Part shown: in pieces, positions 1 to 9,017 of the stretch
How positions within the stretch are numbered: position 1 is the first letter of the stretch
How the letters are laid out: the number at the start of each line of letters is the position of its first letter
Assembly: GCA_937892255.1 (NCBI GenBank)
Contig: CALAUL010000016.1
Coordinates: forward strand, 6,419-70,418
Length of the DNA: 64,000 bases
Direction of reading: 5' to 3'
Origin: an uncultured Bacteroidales bacterium
GTDB taxonomy: Bacteria; Bacteroidota; Bacteroidia; Bacteroidales; Marinilabiliaceae
Notes under the pieces: generated by a model
What the model saw: only the letters and a program-made list of their open reading frames with translations
Databases searched by the model: none
What the model was told of the DNA's origin: nothing
Program-made: the position numbers and the translations under genes

Positions 1-1
1 A

Positions 2-574
2 GAAGAGACAGCATTGTCGATATATACGCTCAGAGACAAGCGATTGTCGTTGCTCGGAGGCGAAGAGCCGGTGGTGCTGAACGATGCAGGTTCGTATGAT
101 AGAATCTTCAACGAAATAGACAGATTGGAGCAAGACCTTATTTCGATGTTCGCAGGCAAGAAGGTGAAGGCAAGAGTAGTGAAGTACTACGATGTTATGC
201 CGGACAACTATGGCGTTGCAAGTCAGGTGCTGTTGCGTTTCTCTGAAAAAGATGGCTTCCTCGACCCTATGGACCTAAACGGAAAACCGGTGTATATAGA
301 CATGTCCTTTGCAAAGCAAGTTCCGGTAAACTCATACCCTCCAATGTCAAAAGAGCGTAGGGCAAAGGCTCTTACGGGCTTGCGATACATTCAGCCGACA
401 ACAGTCAATGTGAAGATTATCGACCGCAATAAGCTTATATGTGAAGAAGATGTACTCTGTGCCCAAGGCGGACAGATAATGACGCTCCCGGCGGATTTGC
501 TTACCGACAAGACGGTATCTATAAAGTTTAATACGTCCAACGGATCGCTTGAATATATAAAGTACAACAGATAA
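2..574 (+). CDS. hypothetical protein, C-terminal part (gene continues upstream of window; DUF4831-like from memory)
   Basis: The frame is open from base 2 with no upstream stop, so the listed TTG at 14 is probably internal. Stop at 572-574. The family assignment is recollection only. Confidence 0.5.
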   Translation, partial: EETALSIYTLRDKRLSLLGGEEPVVLNDAGSYDRIFNEIDRLEQDLISMFAGKKVKARVVKYYDVMPDNYGVASQVLLRFSEKDGFLDPMDLNGKPVYIDMSFAKQVPVNSYPPMSKERRAKALTGLRYIQPTTVNVKIIDRNKLICEEDVLCAQGGQIMTLPADLLTDKTVSIKFNTSNGSLEYIKYNR

Positions 575-586
575 ATCAAGACTTAT

Positions 587-2041
587 ATGGGAAAGGAGAT
601 AACACAACTTGAGCCACAGACGTTATGGAGTAATTTCTATTCACTTACGCAGATACCTCGCCCGTCGAAGCATGAGTCAAAGGTCCTTGATTATATAGCC
701 GACTACGGCAGACAGCTTGATTTGGAAGTGTTTAGAGATAGCGTTGGTAATGTTATAATCCGCAAACCCGCCTCGTGTGGTATGGAGAATCGTCGCGGTG
801 TCATACTGCAGGCACATGCCGACATGGTACCTCAGAAACGGTCAGACAGCAAGCATGATTTTCAAAAGGACAGCATAGAAACCATATTGGATGGGAATGT
901 AGTTCGCGCCAATGGAACGACATTGGGCGCAGACAATGGAATAGGGGTAGCTGCCGCCATGGCAGTCTTGGCAGATAAGAGTCTCCAGCATCCGCCTCTT
1001 GAGGTGCTTATCACCACAGATGAGGAAACTGGCATGACCGGAGCTTTTGGATTACAACCCGATATCCTACGCGGTGAAGTGTTGCTCAATCTCGACTCGG
1101 AAGAAGAGGGAGAGTTATATATAGGTTGTGCCGGAGGAGTGAATGTGACATCGACATTCAGATATTCCAAAATCGAAACAGCATCGGACGATATCGCTGT
1201 CAAGGTCGTTGTATCAGGACTTCAGGGCGGACATTCAGGATTAGATATCAACAGAGGTCGTGCTAATGCCAATAAGTTGTTATTCAGATTTCTGAAGTTT
1301 GCCGTTGCCAATTACGAAGCCATGTTGGTAGAAGTCAATGGAGGTAATATGCGTAATGCAATACCGCGAGAGGCATATGCTGTGCTGACTATCGACAAGG
1401 AAGATAAAAATGATTTCATAGAGGCCGTCGAGGAATTTGAAGAGATGTTTAGAGAAGAGTATGCAGATAGTGAGCCGGATATATCTTTCGATACAAAGAT
1501 TGTCGAAAGACCTTCTATGGTGATGGACGAAATGTCTGCTGATGACCTTATAAATGCCGTTCAAGGTAGCACGAATGGTGTTGTAAAGATGAGTAGTAGC
1601 GTAGAGAATATGGTTGAGACATCTACGAACTTGGCTATTGTTGAAACTCTTGAGGAGACTATTCGTGTTAAATATTTGGTGCGCAGTTCGATAGACTGTG
1701 CTAAAGACGACGTGGTATCATCTTTAGAGAGCGTCTGTCGATTGGCAGGAGCCGAAGTCGAAATCGATGGAGAATATCCCGGTTGGAAGCCCAACAAAGA
1801 CTCACGGACGTTAAAAACAATGATAGACGTGTACCTCAAACTTTACGGAAAAGAGCCGAAGGTGACAGCCATACATGCCGGATTGGAATGCGGTATATTA
1901 GGAGCAACATATCCTAAATGGGATATGGTATCATTTGGACCGTCTATTCGTTATCCGCACTCACCTTCTGAGTTTGTAGAGGTTGATAGCGTGAAACGCT
2001 TTTGGGATTTCCTTGTTGCAACACTGGCGATGGTGTCATAA
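587..2041 (+). CDS. pepD: aminoacyl-histidine (Xaa-His) dipeptidase, M20 family
   Basis: 484 aa with an ATG start. PepD-like motifs LQAHADMV, ITTDEETGMTGA, NLDSEEEGELYIGCAGG and HAGLECG. Confidence 0.9.
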   Translation: MGKEITQLEPQTLWSNFYSLTQIPRPSKHESKVLDYIADYGRQLDLEVFRDSVGNVIIRKPASCGMENRRGVILQAHADMVPQKRSDSKHDFQKDSIETILDGNVVRANGTTLGADNGIGVAAAMAVLADKSLQHPPLEVLITTDEETGMTGAFGLQPDILRGEVLLNLDSEEEGELYIGCAGGVNVTSTFRYSKIETASDDIAVKVVVSGLQGGHSGLDINRGRANANKLLFRFLKFAVANYEAMLVEVNGGNMRNAIPREAYAVLTIDKEDKNDFIEAVEEFEEMFREEYADSEPDISFDTKIVERPSMVMDEMSADDLINAVQGSTNGVVKMSSSVENMVETSTNLAIVETLEETIRVKYLVRSSIDCAKDDVVSSLESVCRLAGAEVEIDGEYPGWKPNKDSRTLKTMIDVYLKLYGKEPKVTAIHAGLECGILGATYPKWDMVSFGPSIRYPHSPSEFVEVDSVKRFWDFLVATLAMVS

Positions 2042-2074
2042 TTGCCGGAATAAGACATATATATGATAAAAAGA

Positions 2075-2110
2075 ACCCCAATAAATAGCTTAGGCTTAAT
2101 TTGTTGGGGT
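2075..2110 (+). terminator. hairpin downstream of pepD (12-bp stem with one G-U, 12-nt loop, weak T tract)
   Basis: accccaataaat (2075-2086) pairs with atttgttggggt (2099-2110). It lies 34 nt after the pepD stop. Confidence 0.45.
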
Positions 2111-2513
2111 CTGTTGTGATAGAACGTTTAAGATTCTACATAAATTCGATTGTTTTTTATGTCGGTTTGACAAAATTGCCGCAAATATCAAAGCAATTCT
2201 TCCTATCAGGAATATTCCATAAAAATATATTCATACACAGTTAGCGCATCACTTTTTAGAAAAAAAACAAAGTTGAGTACGTGTAAAGATAAGTTCGATT
2301 GTCTTAGGAAGAAAAGTAGCGAAAAAATGGAATTTATATTTCAACTATTTGCCGAACTATTTAGTCGTTCGGAAGCAGAGACACAAAGGATAGAACAAAC
2401 GCAATCGAAAGTCACATCTGTAAATAACGTGGCGGAATATGAATCAGAGCCAATGGATTCCCCATTGTCGGATTTGAACATATTCGAATTTGTGGATTTT
2501 CATTAACGGAGCA

Positions 2514-3383
2514 ATGGAATTAGAGAAAGATAAAATAGACGAGTTGTTGAATAACATGGGGACAGACAGAGAGCGTGTCAGGTCTGCCATGCGCATAGAC
2601 GCTCGAAAATCGTCAGCATGGGAAGACGTAGAGAGCAAAACTTCGCATAAGATTGTTACCATGAGCAATTTGAAAGTGCTTTTGCGAGTGGCGGCCGTCT
2701 TTGCACCGCTGATTGTTGTCGGACTAATATGGAAGCTGAACGTTCAGAAGCCGGAGAGCTATGTATATACGACAACATCGCAACGAGATACGGTCACTTT
2801 GGCAGATGGGACAACGGTGATAATGAACGTCCATAGCGAATTGAAGTACACTCAGACAAGCAAGGCAAGACGTGTAGAACTTGAAGGAATGGCGTATTTC
2901 GATGTTGCACATAACGATAATTTGCCTTTTGTCGTGACAGCCGACGAGGCAGAAGTCACAGTGCTTGGAACGAAATTCACAGTCGAGAACATCGAAGAAC
3001 GCAACAGAATATGCGTTTCGGTCGACGAAGGAAAGGTTCGACTTAACGTCGACGATGAACACGTGGTACAGCTTTTGGCTAATGACATAGCGCAGTGGCG
3101 TAACGACGGACATATAAGTGTTGTCAGAAAAAGAGAAGACGACAAGAGCTCATGGCTGAATGATTATATAAGTCTCAAAGATGCGTCGTTGAGCGAAGTG
3201 ACAGAAAAGCTGTTCAATCATTACACCGAGATAAACGGCATTGCAGATAATAGTGATTTGGACAGTATTAGAGTTACCACAACATTTAACGCACAGTCGT
3301 TGTCAACAGTGTTAGACGAGTTGACAATACATTTTGGCAAAAAAATAAGTTTAGACAATGGATATTTGATAATATCTAATTAA
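2514..3383 (+). CDS. FecR-family anti-sigma / transmembrane sensor protein
   Basis: Short cytoplasmic N-terminus, one TM helix (LLRVAAVFAPLIVVGLIW), a FecR core (GMAYFDVAHNDNLPFVVTADEAEVTVLGTKFTV) and a DUF4974-like C-terminus. The ATG at 2514 is preferred over the listed TTG at 2490. Confidence 0.8.
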   Translation: MELEKDKIDELLNNMGTDRERVRSAMRIDARKSSAWEDVESKTSHKIVTMSNLKVLLRVAAVFAPLIVVGLIWKLNVQKPESYVYTTTSQRDTVTLADGTTVIMNVHSELKYTQTSKARRVELEGMAYFDVAHNDNLPFVVTADEAEVTVLGTKFTVENIEERNRICVSVDEGKVRLNVDDEHVVQLLANDIAQWRNDGHISVVRKREDDKSSWLNDYISLKDASLSEVTEKLFNHYTEINGIADNSDLDSIRVTTTFNAQSLSTVLDELTIHFGKKISLDNGYLIISN

Positions 3384-3410
3384 TTTCGACCGCGCAAGGT
3401 TGAAAGAAAC

Positions 3411-6086
3411 ATGAAGTCTAATATTATATATGGTGATTTGTTTGTAAGGCGCATAATTATGCGCCTTATTTTTATTATGGCAATAGCCATAGTAACACCG
3501 TTGAATGCGCAAGACAAAAGAGAATCGTTGTTGGAGAGAGAAGTCGTTTTGCCATCGGCATATAAGGGCGATAGTGAGTTGCTCATAAAACTCTTAGAGG
3601 AACAAACAGGGGTGCTCGTCAGTTATAGCAACAGAGTGTATGTCTCATCAGAAATAACTCTCAACTACCGCAAAGCCAAATTGCGAACATTCCTTGATGC
3701 TATCTTTACTCGGTACCCTGTTGACTATATCGAGTCGAGCGACAACAAGATAATTGTTGCACCGCAGAAGATACATTACTATACGTTATGTGGTTTTTGT
3801 CGTGATGCTCAAACGGGAGAATCCCTCATCGGTGCTAATGTATATGACTCGTTGCTGGTGGTGGGGCAGTCGACAAATGGATATGGCTTTTTTAGCATGA
3901 AATTACCCTCGGGCAAAGTGCCTTTGCGAGCATCGTATGTAGGTTATAATTCGGTTTGTCAAATGGTAGACTTGAAGAGTGATACAATCGTGGTGTTGAG
4001 ACTGCAACCATCGTTGATGCTCGAGTCGATAGACGTCATGGCAACGGAAGATATGGAGGTTAAGGCGGACATAGGAGTGGTGGATATACCGGTGAATTAT
4101 GTCAAGAATATGCCTTCGTTGTTAGGCGAATCGGACGTTATAAGGGCATTTCAAATGACGCCCGGAGTACAGAGTGGCGAGGAAGGTTTTGGTGGAATGA
4201 GCGTCCGAGGCGGAAGTGCAGATCAGAATATATTGTTGTTGGACGATGTCCCGCTCTATAGCACATCACATTTGATGGGACTCTATTCGATATTCAACAT
4301 AGAGTCCGTCAACAAAGCCAAACTTGTGAAGGGAGGCTTCCCGGCACGTTACGGAGGAAGATTGTCATCGGTAATAGACATCAAAACCAAAGAGGGTAAT
4401 ATGGAGAAATATGGTGGCTATGTCAATGTCGGACATCTCTCGTCAAATGCGACTCTCGAAGGACCAATTATCAAAAACAAAATGTCGTTTATGGTATCCG
4501 GACGACGCACCTATTTCGACCTCTTCTCAGCAAAGATACAGAGCAATAAGGATAATAGATATTCGTTCTATTTCTACGATGTGACAGCCAAGCTCAACTA
4601 TATCATTTCACCAAGAGACCGCGTATATGCGACATTCCTGGCCGGATATGACCACTTTGACTATGGTTATAACTATCGTGATGTTCGTCTTACATATAGC
4701 GAGAATGATGTTCGTACAATAGCAGTAAGTGACAATCAGAAGATAAAGTGGGGAAGTCTGGTCTCGTCGTTGAGGTGGAATCACATTTTCGGCAACTCGC
4801 TGTTTATGAATTTTACAGGCTTCTTAAGCAGATACCGTTTCCGAAACAACATGACAACTAACGACGGTCAAGATGCTTACGGATATAAGCACAAGTATTT
4901 CAGCGGAATTCACGATCTTGGAAGCAGATTGGACTTTACGTTGTATCTGCCTCGATTGTCAAGTGTAATGCGTTTTGGAGCAAATATGTCCAATCATGTC
5001 TATACTCCGAGTGTCTCTATCATGACCGTGTCCGGAGATTCAACGGCAAATGCTGCGATAAGCAAACAAAACAGCAGGGAGTTGTATTGCATGGAATATC
5101 ATGCATATTTGGAAGACGAGTTTCGTTTCGGACGGTTGACAGGAAACGTCGGTTTGCATTATTCGGCGTTTAAGCGAAAGGGTAGCGCTCATTATTCGAA
5201 GCTGGAGCCTCGTTTGTCGTTGGGATACGATATAACCAAATGGCTATCTGTCAAAGCCTCGTATTCTGACATGACGCAGTTTTTGCAGTTGGCAAGAATT
5301 GTCTCTGTGGCATCTCCTGCCGACATTTGGTTGCCAATATCGTCTAAACTTCCGACGCCTCGTTCGTGTTTGCTAAGTGCAGAGACGGCTATAAAGTTAA
5401 GAAAAAAACAAACGCTGACGGTAGAGGCTTATTATAAGAAGTTTGTTCATGTGCAGACATACAAGAGTTCGTCGTTGTTGATGCTTGTAGACATGAAGAC
5501 CTGGGACGATATGTTCATTGATGGTGATGGATATTCAAAGGGATTAGAGATATTTTTTCACCGTCATAGTGGACGTCTGACAGGGTGGCTTGGCTATACA
5601 TGGAGCAAGTCGCGCAATAGGTTTGAGGAGACAAATGGAGGAAGATATTTCCCATCAGACAATGATAGGACACACTCTATTGTCGTCAACGGCGCATACC
5701 GTCTGACGGATAATATGGATTTGGGAGTGTCGTGGAACTACAATACCGGAGCACCCGTCACGATATCGGACAGCAGATATGTGATAGAGGGCGATGAGGC
5801 AAATGTCAATGCTCCGATGTTTTCAATAGAGGGCGAACGAAACGGCTATCGTATGCCCGACTCACATACGCTCAGCATAGGTTTTAATATCCACAAGCAA
5901 CGCAAGAAAACAAGCACAGTGTTGAGTGTAGGTGTGTATAATGTTTATTCGCAAAAAAATCCTATGTTTGTCTATTGGAAGCAAGAGCCAAACGGTGTAG
6001 GATTTGACAATAGCCATTACGAACTAAAACAGTTCAGCCTCATAGCTTGGCCATGGCCCTATATGCGATATAGTATTAAATTCTAA
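3411..6086 (+). CDS. TonB-dependent receptor (transducer type: STN-like plus carboxypeptidase-regulatory-like N-terminal domains, plug, barrel)
   Basis: 891 aa. Signal peptide MRLIFIMAIAIVTPLNAQ (alternative ATG at 3459). CarboxypepD_reg-like segment GFCRDAQTGESLIGANVY...GYGFFSMKLPSG. Plug motifs (DVIRAFQMTPGVQ, LLLDDVPLY). C-terminal aromatic residue (..RYSIKF). Confidence 0.85.
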   Translation: MKSNIIYGDLFVRRIIMRLIFIMAIAIVTPLNAQDKRESLLEREVVLPSAYKGDSELLIKLLEEQTGVLVSYSNRVYVSSEITLNYRKAKLRTFLDAIFTRYPVDYIESSDNKIIVAPQKIHYYTLCGFCRDAQTGESLIGANVYDSLLVVGQSTNGYGFFSMKLPSGKVPLRASYVGYNSVCQMVDLKSDTIVVLRLQPSLMLESIDVMATEDMEVKADIGVVDIPVNYVKNMPSLLGESDVIRAFQMTPGVQSGEEGFGGMSVRGGSADQNILLLDDVPLYSTSHLMGLYSIFNIESVNKAKLVKGGFPARYGGRLSSVIDIKTKEGNMEKYGGYVNVGHLSSNATLEGPIIKNKMSFMVSGRRTYFDLFSAKIQSNKDNRYSFYFYDVTAKLNYIISPRDRVYATFLAGYDHFDYGYNYRDVRLTYSENDVRTIAVSDNQKIKWGSLVSSLRWNHIFGNSLFMNFTGFLSRYRFRNNMTTNDGQDAYGYKHKYFSGIHDLGSRLDFTLYLPRLSSVMRFGANMSNHVYTPSVSIMTVSGDSTANAAISKQNSRELYCMEYHAYLEDEFRFGRLTGNVGLHYSAFKRKGSAHYSKLEPRLSLGYDITKWLSVKASYSDMTQFLQLARIVSVASPADIWLPISSKLPTPRSCLLSAETAIKLRKKQTLTVEAYYKKFVHVQTYKSSSLLMLVDMKTWDDMFIDGDGYSKGLEIFFHRHSGRLTGWLGYTWSKSRNRFEETNGGRYFPSDNDRTHSIVVNGAYRLTDNMDLGVSWNYNTGAPVTISDSRYVIEGDEANVNAPMFSIEGERNGYRMPDSHTLSIGFNIHKQRKKTSTVLSVGVYNVYSQKNPMFVYWKQEPNGVGFDNSHYELKQFSLIAWPWPYMRYSIKF

Positions 6087-6979
6087 TGAAGAGATACGGG
6101 TGGAACATAATAATAGTGTTGATGGTCTTGGTCTTATCGTGTGAGACGGCATCAGATATAAGATTGCGGAAGGGAGCCACATCGTCGGTCATGACATCAT
6201 TCGTCTATCCGGATAGCGTCGTGACTGTGAATGTCTATGGAACAGTCTCGGTGTTGGATACCACCAGAGTGTCGGACTTGGGGAATGGTGAAGTGCGTTT
6301 GAATGTACAAGGAGAGAGCGCAACACGTTACGTCGTAGACGGCAGTCATAGTGCTAAGTTTGGTTATCCTGATGTAAAAGAAGGAGACACGGTCTCTATA
6401 TTGGCGATGTTCGGCGATACTGAAATGTCGGCAAAGACATATATCCCCACAAGACCGGAGATGACAATGATAGATACTATGTATAATACTACCATGGATC
6501 GTATGTATTTCTTTATTGAAATGTCCGACGCGCCTACTACGCCCGATTATTATCAGCTCATCTTGACACGCAAATACATCAACGAGAAGGGACATCAAGT
6601 GAAAGAAGCGATTGAGTGCAACTATTATGATTATCTGTTTTATCAAGCAACAATTGGACTTACTCAAACATTTATAGGGCTCTTTGCCGATGAGACAATA
6701 AACGGTCAGCAATATACGTTGAAGTTGTCGATACCGGTAGCTGATATATGGAAAGACGTTCCGGAGGAAAATGATGTTGCGATAGATATAGCGTTGTATC
6801 ATCATACGGAAGACTATTACCTATATGCCCGTTCGGTAGCTTCGGTTGAGAGCTATCTCTTATTGCCCGTATTCATGAGCTCTAATGTGTATTCCAACGT
6901 AGATGGAGGCTTCGGAATCGTATCGGGAATGTCTTGTGAAGTAGAAACAATAGTATTCAACAGAAATAAAATAGAATAA
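6086..6979 (+). CDS. DUF4249-like lipoprotein (usual partner of this TonB-receptor subfamily)
   Basis: The start overlaps the receptor stop by 1 nt. Lipobox LVLSC. C-terminal NVDGGFGIVSG motif, as I recall for DUF4249. Confidence 0.65.
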   Translation: MKRYGWNIIIVLMVLVLSCETASDIRLRKGATSSVMTSFVYPDSVVTVNVYGTVSVLDTTRVSDLGNGEVRLNVQGESATRYVVDGSHSAKFGYPDVKEGDTVSILAMFGDTEMSAKTYIPTRPEMTMIDTMYNTTMDRMYFFIEMSDAPTTPDYYQLILTRKYINEKGHQVKEAIECNYYDYLFYQATIGLTQTFIGLFADETINGQQYTLKLSIPVADIWKDVPEENDVAIDIALYHHTEDYYLYARSVASVESYLLLPVFMSSNVYSNVDGGFGIVSGMSCEVETIVFNRNKIE

Positions 6980-6981
6980 AA

Positions 6982-7908
6982 ATGAACACAATCACATGTA
7001 AATTACTTATCATAGGTTCGGGGCCGGCAGGATATACCGCAGGTATTTACGCATCGAGAGCAATGTTGTCTCCGATATTATATACCGGCGGACAACCCGG
7101 TGGACAGCTGACAACAACAACAGAAATCGAAAACTATCCGGGCTTCCCAAATGGAAAGAACTGCTTTGAACTGATGGACGACATGCGACGTCAGGCCGAG
7201 AAGTTCGGAACAATAGTGAAAGATGGCCGCATTGTCGACTTGGACACATCAGTATATCCTTTCGTTGCAAAGAGTGACATGGGAGATACGATAGAGGCAT
7301 CGGCAGTTATCATTGCCACGGGTGCAACGGCAAGATATTTGGGTTTGCCCGAAGAACAGAAATATATAGGTATGGGATTGTCGGCATGTGCTACATGCGA
7401 TGGTTTTTTCTACAGAGGGAAAGATGTCGGAGTCGTAGGAGGTGGCGACACAGCGGTAGAGGAGGCTTTATATCTGTCAGAATTGGCAAGGAAGGTATAT
7501 CTCATAGTGCGTCGTGATGAGCTTAGAGCATCGAAGATAATGGTTGAAAGAGTGCTCAACAATGACAAGATAGAGGTGTTGTTTAAACATCAAGTGTCGA
7601 GACTCAATGGAGAAAACGGACTTGAGTCGGTACTATTAAAGAGTGAAAGTGGCGAACGACTCTATGCCATGGACGGACTGTTTATGGCCATAGGACGAAA
7701 ACCCAACTCATCGATATATACGTCGATAGAGAAAGACGAACAAGGGTATATACTGACTCGCGGCGAAACTACACAAACAAATGTTGAAGGTGTATTTGCA
7801 TGCGGAGATGTGTGTGACCCTGTTTATCGTCAGGCTATAGTAGCAGCTGCAAGTGGTTGCAAAGCCGCTAAAGATGCAGAACGTTGGCTGAACAGAAAAG
7901 CAGATTAA
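6982..7908 (+). CDS. trxB: thioredoxin-disulfide reductase
   Basis: GSGPAGYTAG FAD motif, redox-active CATCDG, and GGGDTAVEEA NADPH motif. 308 aa. Confidence 0.92.
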   Translation: MNTITCKLLIIGSGPAGYTAGIYASRAMLSPILYTGGQPGGQLTTTTEIENYPGFPNGKNCFELMDDMRRQAEKFGTIVKDGRIVDLDTSVYPFVAKSDMGDTIEASAVIIATGATARYLGLPEEQKYIGMGLSACATCDGFFYRGKDVGVVGGGDTAVEEALYLSELARKVYLIVRRDELRASKIMVERVLNNDKIEVLFKHQVSRLNGENGLESVLLKSESGERLYAMDGLFMAIGRKPNSSIYTSIEKDEQGYILTRGETTQTNVEGVFACGDVCDPVYRQAIVAAASGCKAAKDAERWLNRKAD

Positions 7909-7934
7909 CGAGAGTCAGATAATGACGAAAAAAC

Positions 7935-7979
7935 AAAGAAGTCGGAACAAAATAGTGTTGTTCCGACTTCTTTATTTTC
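7935..7979. terminator. bidirectional intrinsic terminator between convergent trxB and floA
   Basis: Perfect 15-bp stem: aaagaagtcggaaca (7935-7949) pairs with tgttccgacttcttt (7959-7973). A-rich on one flank and T-rich on the other. Confidence 0.7.
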
Positions 7980-7995
7980 AGTAGGACTACTTCTA

Positions 7996-8973
7996 TTATT
8001 TATTAGATGTAGTCTGTGGTTTTGCTATGGATTCGCGCATGGCAGTATCTGCCTGCATATTCTGATAACGCACATAATCCATAATGCCCATGTTCCCGGA
8101 GCGGAAGGCTTCTGCCATTGCTAAAGGCACTTCAGCTTCAGCTTCGATAACTTTTGCGCGAGCTTCTTGAGCTTTAGCTTTCATCTCTTGTTCAAGAGCT
8201 ACAGCCATAGCGCGTCGTTCCTCAGCTTTTGCTTGTGCGATGTTTTTGTCGGCTTCGGCCTGGTCTATTTGCAATCCGGCACCGATGTTTTTGCCTATGT
8301 CGATATCCGCAATGTCGATAGAGAGTATCTCAAAAGCTGTTCCTGCGTCCAAACCTTTTTCGAGAACTACCTTAGATATGCTGTCAGGGTTTTCGAGTAC
8401 CGTCTTGTGAGAGTCAGAAGAACCGATAGACGATACAATGCCCTCTCCTACACGAGCCAAAACTGTCTCTTCTCCCGCTCCACCAACGAGCTGCTTTATG
8501 TTGGCTCTGACAGTTACACGAGCTTTGGCAATAAGCTGAATACCATCTTTGGCAACAGCCGTAACAGGAGGAGTGTCAATGACTTTAGGATTTACCGACA
8601 TCTGCACTGCCTCAAATACGTCACGTCCTGCCAAGTCGATAGCGGTAGCCATCTGGAATGAGAGTGTTATGTTTGCTTTGTTGGCTGATACAAGAGCGTG
8701 AACAACGCTTCGTACATGTCCGCCCGCAAGATAGTGTGCTTCCAATTCATCGCGACGTATCTGTGCCAAGCCGGCTTTGTGAGCTTCTATCATTGCCTGA
8801 ACGATGATGCTGGGAGGTACTTTTCTTATTCGCATCAGTACGAGTTGCAACAAGGAGATTTTCACTCCCGAGACAACAGCAGAAAACCATAGTACTACGG
8901 GAACGTAGTAGAAAAATACTATCACAGCAATTACTATCGCTACAATGAGTATAACCGGAGTTAATGCTTCCAT
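7996..8973 (-). CDS. floA: flotillin-like protein FloA (UPF0365/YqfA family)
   Basis: N-terminal TM hairpin, an SPFH-like core and an Ala/Glu-rich coiled-coil tail ([35 protein letters not shown]). Strongly resembles the YqfA family. Confidence 0.85.
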   Translation of the reverse strand: MEALTPVILIVAIVIAVIVFFYYVPVVLWFSAVVSGVKISLLQLVLMRIRKVPPSIIVQAMIEAHKAGLAQIRRDELEAHYLAGGHVRSVVHALVSANKANITLSFQMATAIDLAGRDVFEAVQMSVNPKVIDTPPVTAVAKDGIQLIAKARVTVRANIKQLVGGAGEETVLARVGEGIVSSIGSSDSHKTVLENPDSISKVVLEKGLDAGTAFEILSIDIADIDIGKNIGAGLQIDQAEADKNIAQAKAEERRAMAVALEQEMKAKAQEARAKVIEAEAEVPLAMAEAFRSGNMGIMDYVRYQNMQADTAMRESIAKPQTTSNK

Positions 8974-9017
8974 TTGTTTAATTGTTAAGTAGTTAATAAT
9001 TATTCGATAATCACGTA

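Noticed and set aside
2273-2506. 77-codon ORF (TTG start; internal ATG at 2327) just upstream of FecR
   Set aside because: It has no recognisable domain, a weak start context and an acidic low-complexity sequence. I do not call it as a gene, but I mention it under the orphan FecR finding because it sits where a sigma factor would be expected.
6197-6805. 202-aa minus-strand ORF inside the DUF4249 gene (similar cases at 12054-12602, 38380-38868 and 42230-42751)
   Set aside because: These are antisense ORFs in AT-rich coding sequence. Their composition is rich in I/Y/F/C/H/R, they have no motifs, and the plus-strand genes are supported by context.
7996-8973. floA without an adjacent NfeD-family partner gene
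   Set aside because: The NfeD-FloA operon is a Firmicutes arrangement. The lack of it here may simply reflect different gene order, and nothing in the sequence suggests a replacement partner.
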